A stretch of DNA of 64,000 bases, taken from positions 4,736,001 to 4,800,000 of the forward strand of contig CAVYRF010000002.1 in assembly GCA_963770895.1 (NCBI GenBank), given 5' to 3'. The notes under the pieces are model-generated. The model saw only the letters and a program-made list of their open reading frames with translations. It had not been told where the DNA came from and did no database searches. This DNA comes from an uncultured Acidobacteriota bacterium. Its GTDB lineage: Bacteria > Acidobacteriota > Thermoanaerobaculia > Multivoradales > UBA5704. The translations under genes and the position numbers were made by a program. Of the stretch, positions 57,419 through 64,000 are shown piece after piece (the stretch's first letter is position 1; each line of letters starts with the position of its first letter).

Positions 57419-59674
57419 TCAGGATCTGTCGGCGGCGCCGGCCGGCGCCGCCGCGTCGGGTTGCAGCCCCTTGACCAGGTACAGCTCGGAGAGCAGGCGG
57501 GTGTAGCCGTAGGCGTAGACCTGGCCGTCGGCGCTGAACAGGACGTGCGCGATGTCGCCCGGCCCGGTTCCTTCGGGCGGGCTGAGCACGCGAAAGAGCT
57601 GGCGCTGGCCGTTGGCGACGTCGAGGCGATAGACCTTCACCGGCGTCTGGCGGGCGCGGTACGCATACAGGAAGTGCGAATCGGCGGTCCACAGGATCTC
57701 TTCGCCGGGCTGCAGGCCGGGGATTGGGCGCCGCTCGCTGCCGTCGAGCGCAAACAGCCATGCGACACCGCCGGCGGGGTCGTCGCCGGCGACCGTCCGG
57801 CCGTCGGGGGACACCTGACAGCGGGCGAAGCCTTCGGGCGTCACGGGGTGCGGCGGCCCGCCGTCGACGCTCTGCACGAAACAGCGCGTGGCGTGGCCGG
57901 GCTGGTTGGCCGAAAAGACGATCCGCCTGCCGTCCGGCAGCCAGCGGGCGCCGTGCCAGTAGTGCTGGACGTCGCCTTTGACCAGCTGCCGGGCGGCGCC
58001 GGCGCCGGTCGGCAGCAGCAGGATCTGGGAGTTGGCGCGGATGCTGGTGGCCCACCGGCCGTCGGGCGACAGCGCGCCGGCCAGCCCTTCGCCCAGCGGC
58101 GTCGGCGGCGACCCCTGCAGGTCGCGCACCGCGGCGGTGTAGGTCGGCCCCGCCTCGGCGCCCTGCTCGTCGAACAGCAGCGTGGCGCCGTCCGGCGACA
58201 GGTCGGCGGGGATCGACCAGTCCTTCCACGACAGGTCGCGCTCGGCGCTGGCGCCGCGCGGGAGCGCCTGGATGCCGACGCGCTGGTCGTCGCGGGTCAG
58301 CAGCAGCCGGCCGTCGGCGGCGATGTCCTGGAGCGTGATGCCGCCCGGCGCGCGCAGCTGCAGGCTTTCCCGGCCGGTTGCCAGGTCCACCGCGTAGATG
58401 CGGCGCTCCAGGCCGCTGTGGGTGGCGGAAAACCAGACCTTGCGGCCGTCCGGCGCCCACGCCACTCCCTGGACGCTTTCCCAGCCGGTCGAAAGCGCCT
58501 GTTTGTGGCCGGCCAGATCGACCAGTTGCAGGCTGCCGCCGTCGTCCGGGTAGGCGGGGTGGTCGAGGAACGCCACCTGGTCGCCGCGCGGTGAGATCCG
58601 CGGATGGCTGAGCCAGCCGGACGACTCGTACAGCACGTGGCCGAGCGGGAATTCCAGCCGCTGCCGGCCCGCCGCCTCCCGCACCACGGCCAGGGCGGTG
58701 CCCTGCGGCGCCCAATCCGCCCAGTCCACCCGCTCGGCGATCTGGCGCGGCGAGCCGCCGCTCTGCGGCACCTGGCCCAGCGTCCCCCGCACGGTGAACA
58801 TGAAGCGCCGTTCGGCCGGTTGCAGCACCGCCATCACCCCCGCCGGCGACACCGCCAGCAGGTCGGTCGCCGGCAGGCCGAGGCTCTGCGTGCCCATGAA
58901 CGCGGGGTCGGTCGAAAAGATCTCGATCGGCGCGCCGCCCCACGCCGCGGCGTAGATGACGTTGCGCCCGTCCGGCGCGAACCGGGCGGCGTACACCGTG
59001 CCGCGGCGCGAGGTCAGCCGCTGAAAGTCCGGCGGCCGCCATGGCGCGGCGGTGCGCCGCCCGAGCATGGCGCCCAGGCCCACCAGGACGACGGCGGCGC
59101 CGATCGCCACCGTCGCCTGGAGCGCGCGCCGGTGGCCGCGGGTGGCCGCTGCCGGCCGGGCACCGCCGGCCGCGGCCGATGCGCTGGGGGTCGCGGTGGC
59201 GCCGACGGCGATGGCGCCGGATGCGGCGGTCGGGCTGGTTGCCCCGGTGGCGCCGGTGGCGCCGTTGGCGGCGGCGGTTGGCGCGCCCGGCGGCGCGGCG
59301 TCGTGCAGCGCGGCCGGTGCGCCGGCATCGGGCGCCGGCGGCGGCGGCTTGTCCAGGGCGGCCACGAAGCGGTAGCCGCGGCGCGGCACCGTCTCGATAT
59401 AGGAAGGATTGTCGGCGGCATCGCCCAGCGCGGTGCGCAGCTTGGCGACCGCAACGTTGACCGCGTGGTCGAAGTCGCCGAAGCTTTCGCTGGCCCAGAT
59501 GCGAGACTTCAGCTGCTCGCGGGTGACCAGCTGGCCGGCGTTTTCGAGCAGCACCTGCAGCACCTTGAACGGCTGCTCCTGGAGCTTGAGGCGGCTGCCG
59601 CCCTTGTGCACCTCGCCGGTATAGAAATCGACTTCGAAGGCTCCGAAGCGAATCCGCGCCTTGCCATTGTCCAC
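57419..59674 (-). CDS. CadC-like wHTH + TM + TolB/WD40 beta-propeller regulator
   Basis: RFGAFEVD..LQEQPF..IETVPRRGYRF; repeated SPDG/W.PDG. Confidence 0.9.
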   Translation of the reverse strand: MDNGKARIRFGAFEVDFYTGEVHKGGSRLKLQEQPFKVLQVLLENAGQLVTREQLKSRIWASESFGDFDHAVNVAVAKLRTALGDAADNPSYIETVPRRGYRFVAALDKPPPPAPDAGAPAALHDAAPPGAPTAAANGATGATGATSPTAASGAIAVGATATPSASAAAGGARPAAATRGHRRALQATVAIGAAVVLVGLGAMLGRRTAAPWRPPDFQRLTSRRGTVYAARFAPDGRNVIYAAAWGGAPIEIFSTDPAFMGTQSLGLPATDLLAVSPAGVMAVLQPAERRFMFTVRGTLGQVPQSGGSPRQIAERVDWADWAPQGTALAVVREAAGRQRLEFPLGHVLYESSGWLSHPRISPRGDQVAFLDHPAYPDDGGSLQLVDLAGHKQALSTGWESVQGVAWAPDGRKVWFSATHSGLERRIYAVDLATGRESLQLRAPGGITLQDIAADGRLLLTRDDQRVGIQALPRGASAERDLSWKDWSIPADLSPDGATLLFDEQGAEAGPTYTAAVRDLQGSPPTPLGEGLAGALSPDGRWATSIRANSQILLLPTGAGAARQLVKGDVQHYWHGARWLPDGRRIVFSANQPGHATRCFVQSVDGGPPHPVTPEGFARCQVSPDGRTVAGDDPAGGVAWLFALDGSERRPIPGLQPGEEILWTADSHFLYAYRARQTPVKVYRLDVANGQRQLFRVLSPPEGTGPGDIAHVLFSADGQVYAYGYTRLLSELYLVKGLQPDAAAPAGAADRS

Positions 59675-59837
59675 CTTGGGCTCCCTCTGCTTGCCAGCGA
59701 GCAAGGCCGGAGCGCGTGATGCCACAGCCCTTCGATCCATGCTACCGGACCCTGAATCCTGCCGGCAAGGCGCTGCTCCCCCCGCGGCGTGCCAGCTGTG
59801 GACACTGCCGCCGGGAGCGGGCTGCGGAAGGGGAATC

Positions 59838-60911
59838 TCAGTGGACGTAGTTGATCGCCAGGGCGGGGGTGATGGTGGCCGCGGTGTTGTGGCCGGCGGC
59901 GAGGATGCGGGCGCCGAGCAGGACGCCCAGGTTGGGTTTCCAGCTGTATTCGAGGGCTGGCGCGATGCCGAAGGAGTCGGTGGCGCCGAGGTTGGTCTGG
60001 ATGCTGGGCGGCAGCGGCACCCCGTCGGCGGCCGTCATGGTGCTGCCCAGGACGCGGGTGTTGGCGCCGTGGCGGAAGAGCAGGTCCGATGCCAGGACCC
60101 AGCTGCGCGTCAGGCTGTATTCGCCGGACACGTCGAGGGTCGAGGTGCTGCCGGGTCTGGCGGTGCCGTGGAATCCGGGCGCGGTGCCGTAGACGCTCAC
60201 GCCGTCGACGGTGGCGTCGCTGGACAGGGCCTGTGACAGGTTGAGGCGCAGGCGCAGGATGCGGCCGTTGGGGAGCCACAGGTAGGTCTGGGCGTAGTAG
60301 GCCAGAGTGGTGGTGTAGGCGCCGCCGCCGAAGCCGTCGCTCGGCCGATCGCCCAGGCGGTCGTAGCGGCCGGTCGGGAAGGTCTCCTGCAGGTTGACGG
60401 CGGTGGTCGGCAGCCAGCTGCCGGGGTGGAACTGCGTCAGCTGGTATTGCGCCATCAGGCTCCAGTCGCCGACTCCGGGTGCGGAGCTGCGGGGGCCGCC
60501 CTGGATCGTGTCGTAGCCGACGTTGGGGATCAGCCCGATGCCCAGGTGCTCGGCCACGCCGTAGACCAGGTAGCTCTGCGAACCGAAGCCGTTGGCGCGC
60601 GGCGCGGGGTGGCGGGTGCCGCCGGCGTCGAAGCGGCCGTCGGTGATCACGTCGTAGAAATAGGGCTCGAACAGGAAGTGCCCCGGCGCGGCCGAGGCCG
60701 GCGTGTTGGCCAGCATGGGGCCGGTCCACCAGGCGTCGTCCAGGGCCTGGCGGGCCGCGGGGGGCGGCGGGAGGTTGTTGGCGCGGGCGGCGCGGGCGCC
60801 GGTGGCGGCCATCATCGTCATTGCCGCCAGCGCCGCCGTCGCCGTCATTGCCGTTATCGCCGCCCTCGCCACTGCCGCCGGCATCGCCCGGCTGGTCTGC
60901 CGCCGCGCCAT
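59838..60911 (-). CDS. Putative outer-membrane channel (MetA-pathway/transporter-like)
   Basis: Signal peptide; WWTGPMLA..EPY, GD, PTG.YD, G.G.Y; beta-strand C-terminus. Confidence 0.75.
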   Translation of the reverse strand: MARRQTSRAMPAAVARAAITAMTATAALAAMTMMAATGARAARANNLPPPPAARQALDDAWWTGPMLANTPASAAPGHFLFEPYFYDVITDGRFDAGGTRHPAPRANGFGSQSYLVYGVAEHLGIGLIPNVGYDTIQGGPRSSAPGVGDWSLMAQYQLTQFHPGSWLPTTAVNLQETFPTGRYDRLGDRPSDGFGGGAYTTTLAYYAQTYLWLPNGRILRLRLNLSQALSSDATVDGVSVYGTAPGFHGTARPGSTSTLDVSGEYSLTRSWVLASDLLFRHGANTRVLGSTMTAADGVPLPPSIQTNLGATDSFGIAPALEYSWKPNLGVLLGARILAAGHNTAATITPALAINYVH

Positions 60912-60914
60912 GGA

Positions 60915-62081
60915 TCAGTTCACCTGCACGTAGTCGTTGATCCAGTTGGTCTCCCAGGTTTTGCCGCCGTCGCCCGAAAAGGCCTGCTCGGAATGGGCCG
61001 ATCTGGCGTCCCGAGGGCCGATGTCGAAGCGGATGAAGATCGACCGGTCTTCGGCGAAGGGCTCCGAGTCCAGGAACTCGCCCTGGCCGTTCTGGAACAC
61101 GCCGACCGTCGGGACGTCGTTGAGCGTGCCGCTGCCGCTGCTGGCGAAGCGGATGCTCCATTGGTGGGAGCGCGGGTTGTAGAGGCGCAAGGCCAGGATC
61201 TCCAGGTGGGGCTCGCCGGGCGCGTCGCCTTCGACTTCGGCGATGTTGGCGCGGCCGCCCCAGATCGGCTGGGTGACGGTTGAGCCGTCCATCTCGAACC
61301 ACTCGCTGGAACCGGTCAGCGGGTGGCGCAGGCGGCGCATGTGAATCTTCCAGCTGCCCATGTCGAAGTCGAAGTCGTGCTGCCCGTCGCGGGGCGTCGC
61401 CACGCCGGCTTGCAGGCCCTGCGGCGCCGGCGGCTGCGGCCGCGCCGGTGCGCGCGCCGGCTGGGCGTCGTCGGGCAGGCGGGTGTCGACCGCGATCCAG
61501 TTCACCTCCCAGGTCCTGCCGCCGTCGGCGGAAAAGGCTTGCTCCGACCGGCAGGAGGTGGGGGTGATGTCCGACCAGACGTTGCGCACCAGGATGTTGC
61601 GGCCGTTGAAGTCTTCCTGGTCGACGAAATAGCCGCGTCCGCCCTGGAAGCTGCCCACCAGGGGCATGCCGTCCATGGTGCCGTTGCCGCTGTTGGCGAA
61701 GTAGACGTTCCACTGGTGCGAATGCGGGTTGTACAGGCGCAGCGCCAGCCCCTCGATGTGGCCCGCCGGGCCGTCCACCTCCAGCTCGCCGAGGTTGGCG
61801 CGGCCGTTCCAGAGCTTGCGCACGATGTGCGTGCCCTCGTAGTCGACCCAGGTCGAGGAGCCGGTCAGGGGGTGCTGGAGCCGCGACACGTGGGTCTTCC
61901 AGGCGCCGAGGTTGAAGTCGAAATCGTGCTGCCCGTCCGGCGGCAGGGCCGTGGCGGCGGCCGGCACCGCGGCCGGCGGCGCCGCAGCCGGCGGCGTTTG
62001 CGCCGCAAGCGGCGGAGGGTGGCACAGGAGCGTCGGTAAGCAGAGCACAAGGGCGGATAGCAAGCGGTGTGGCGCGGTCAT
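60915..62081 (-). CDS. Secreted tandem DUF1579-like protein
   Basis: Two copies of DGQHDFDF..G.WK...EQAFS.DGG.TWE.NW. Confidence 0.82.
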   Translation of the reverse strand: MTAPHRLLSALVLCLPTLLCHPPPLAAQTPPAAAPPAAVPAAATALPPDGQHDFDFNLGAWKTHVSRLQHPLTGSSTWVDYEGTHIVRKLWNGRANLGELEVDGPAGHIEGLALRLYNPHSHQWNVYFANSGNGTMDGMPLVGSFQGGRGYFVDQEDFNGRNILVRNVWSDITPTSCRSEQAFSADGGRTWEVNWIAVDTRLPDDAQPARAPARPQPPAPQGLQAGVATPRDGQHDFDFDMGSWKIHMRRLRHPLTGSSEWFEMDGSTVTQPIWGGRANIAEVEGDAPGEPHLEILALRLYNPRSHQWSIRFASSGSGTLNDVPTVGVFQNGQGEFLDSEPFAEDRSIFIRFDIGPRDARSAHSEQAFSGDGGKTWETNWINDYVQVN

Positions 62082-62275
62082 GGTCGTCTCCAGGTGCGAG
62101 CTGGGCGGGTGGTTGGGGTAGCCATTGCCGCCATGCTCGTCCAGGTCGCCGGCCGGCTCAATGCACCGCACCTCGCTGGTGGGTCCACCGGCGATTCCCT
62201 GCCGGGAGAGGGGGCGGAGAGGAGCGGGAGACCTGTGTCGCCGCGGGTGCAGCGGCTGGGGGCGGTGGCGCCGGG

Positions 62276-63235
62276 TCAGGAGCGGGTGGCGAGCCAGACC
62301 GCGACGGCCAGCGCGGCGACCAGCAGGGCGGCGGCGGCGAGCAGGACGCGGCGGCGGGGGGAGCCGGCGGGGCCGAGCAGGCGGCTGATGCCGCGCAGGT
62401 GGGAGAGCAGGCGGACGCGCAGCGATTCTTCCAGCTGGTCGAGAGCGGCGAGCAGCGCCGCGGCGTTGGCAAAGCGGGCGTCGGGATCGCGGGCCAGGCA
62501 CTTGAGGACCAGCAGGTCGGTTTCGGGGGGCAGCTCGGCGTTGGCCTGGCTGGGCAGCGAGAACTTGCCTCCCGGCGGCCGGCCGGTGAGCATCTCGAAG
62601 AAGATCACCCCGGCGGCGTACAGGTCGGAGCGCGGATCGGGCGCCGCGCCCTGGCCGCCCTGCTTCTGCATCTGCTCGGGCGCCAGGTAGTGGAAGGAGC
62701 CCAGGGCGTAGGCGCCGGTGCGCAGGGTGGAGTCGAGCTCGGAGATCACGTCCAGCTCGCCGGGACCGAAGTCGGCGACCTTGACCGTCTCCAGGTCGGG
62801 GGTGACCAGCACGTGGCGGGGCGACAGGTGGCCGTGCACGAAGCCGCGTTCATGGGCGAAGGCCAGGCCGCGGCACAGGCCGCGCAGGACCGCGATCGCC
62901 TGCGGCGCGTCGAGGCGCCGTTCGGCGATGAGCCGTTCGAGCGAAACGCCGCTGAACAGCTCGGTCGCGAGCCATAGCTGGTCGTCCTGCTGGCCGGTCG
63001 CCAGAACGCGCAGGATGTTGGGGTGGTCGAGCGGGATGACGGCCCGCACCTCCTGGTGAAAGCGGGCGATCAGGGCGGCGGTGTCGCGGCCCTCCGATGC
63101 GGCGAGCACCTGTGGCGAGAAGATCTTGATGGCGACGGCGGCGCCGTCCGGGCCGGTGGCCCGGTACACGTTCGACAGGCCGCCTTCGCGCAGCGGCTCG
63201 CGGATGCGGTAGGGTCCGATGGTCTCAGGGTTCAT
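62276..63235 (-). CDS. Hanks-type Ser/Thr kinase-like protein (predicted pseudokinase) with C-terminal TM
   Basis: AIK, HPNI, DFG, APE, SDLY present; catalytic loop reads HGHLSPRH. Confidence 0.85.
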   Translation of the reverse strand: MNPETIGPYRIREPLREGGLSNVYRATGPDGAAVAIKIFSPQVLAASEGRDTAALIARFHQEVRAVIPLDHPNILRVLATGQQDDQLWLATELFSGVSLERLIAERRLDAPQAIAVLRGLCRGLAFAHERGFVHGHLSPRHVLVTPDLETVKVADFGPGELDVISELDSTLRTGAYALGSFHYLAPEQMQKQGGQGAAPDPRSDLYAAGVIFFEMLTGRPPGGKFSLPSQANAELPPETDLLVLKCLARDPDARFANAAALLAALDQLEESLRVRLLSHLRGISRLLGPAGSPRRRVLLAAAALLVAALAVAVWLATRS

Positions 63236-63999
63236 CAGGGTTCGTCGCGCTCGAAGATCATAACGGTGTCGCCGATGGCGACGCGATCGAGCGGCGCCAG
63301 CACCGCCTGGCTGACCGCCTGGCCGTTGACGCGGGTGCCGAAGCTGCTCCCCAGGTCGGTCAGCACAAAGGCGCCGTCCTGCCAGACGATCTTCAGGTGC
63401 TCCTTGCTGGCGTTGGGGTCCGACAGCGCCAGGGTGCAGCCGCGCGAGCGGCCGATGACGGCGGGCGCCGCCGTCAGCTCGAGCGACCGGCCGCGTTCCG
63501 GCCCCTCCAGCACGTACAGGCGGGCCGCGGCCGGCAGGGCGTCGGCGGGCGGCGCGGGCGGGCTGGCGTCGGCAGGCGCGGCAGGGCTGGCGTCGGCAGG
63601 CGCGGCAGGGCCGGCGGGGCGGGTAGGGCGGGCGCGGCGGCGCGGCGCCAGCTCGACGGTGCGGGTGGGGTAGGGGATGGTCATCCCCGCCTTGCGCAGC
63701 TCCTCCCAGGCGCGGCAGCGCAGCTCGCTCGCCACGCGCGGCGCGTCGGCCACGTCGTCGATCCAGACGCGCAGCTCGTAGACGACGGCGCTGTCGTCGA
63801 AGGCGATGACGTAGACGTCCGCCGACGGTTTGTCCAGGATGCCCGCGACGCCGGCGGCGCATTCGGTCAGCACCCGCCGGACGCGGTAGGGGGGCGCCTG
63901 GTAGTGCACCGGCACGCGCACCCGTTCCAGGTGCAGCGGGTGCGGATAGTAAAAGTTGTGGACCCGCTCGTCGGCGAGCTTGCCGTTGGGAATGACGAT
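63235..63999 (-). CDS. MscS-family mechanosensitive channel C-terminus fused to an FHA domain (partial)
   Basis: IVIPN..F.DSAVVYELRVW..IPYP, then IGR..SKEH..DLGSSFGTRVNG. Confidence 0.88.
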   Translation of the reverse strand: MVIPNGKLADERVHNFYYPHPLHLERVRVPVHYQAPPYRVRRVLTECAAGVAGILDKPSADVYVIAFDDSAVVYELRVWIDDVADAPRVASELRCRAWEELRKAGMTIPYPTRTVELAPRRRARPTRPAGPAAPADASPAAPADASPPAPPADALPAAARLYVLEGPERGRSLELTAAPAVIGRSRGCTLALSDPNASKEHLKIVWQDGAFVLTDLGSSFGTRVNGQAVSQAVLAPLDRVAIGDTVMIFERDEP

Positions 64000-64000
64000 G

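Overview
High-GC bacterial chromosomal segment. The gene repertoire (GWxTD-like/VWA protein, YfhO-type glycosyltransferase, 'WFFD..VKILDG..NGHYWVF' secreted domain, wHTH-beta-propeller regulator) suggests Acidobacteriota, probably Thermoanaerobaculia-like; this is an inference. Bases 1-15.8 kb form an accessory region ending at the 3' end of a tRNA-Glu(UUC). It holds a DUF692/MNIO enzyme with partner, an ArsR-SRPBCC pair, broken toxin-antitoxin modules, a multicopper oxidase, a DUF4062 gene and IS scars. It also holds five co-oriented copies of a 170-172 bp nested-hairpin repeat interleaved with small cargo genes, two of which are Cys-rich RiPP-like precursors. A third precursor with the same LxLxRETLxxL leader lies at 40.7 kb and is absent from the ORF track; no lanthipeptide synthetase is in the window. 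The remainder carries housekeeping and metabolic genes (glyA, thiolase, amidohydrolases), a chemosensory operon with a HEAT-repeat protein, hicBA, a decayed ECF42-type locus, a DUF1579-like/outer-membrane channel/regulator module, and an MscS-FHA fusion coupled to a pseudokinase. Best candidates for undescribed biology: the dispersed precursor family with its hairpin-repeat array, the MscS-FHA/pseudokinase pair, and a structured leader upstream of an ankyrin gene. Family assignments come from motif recognition by eye, not database searches.
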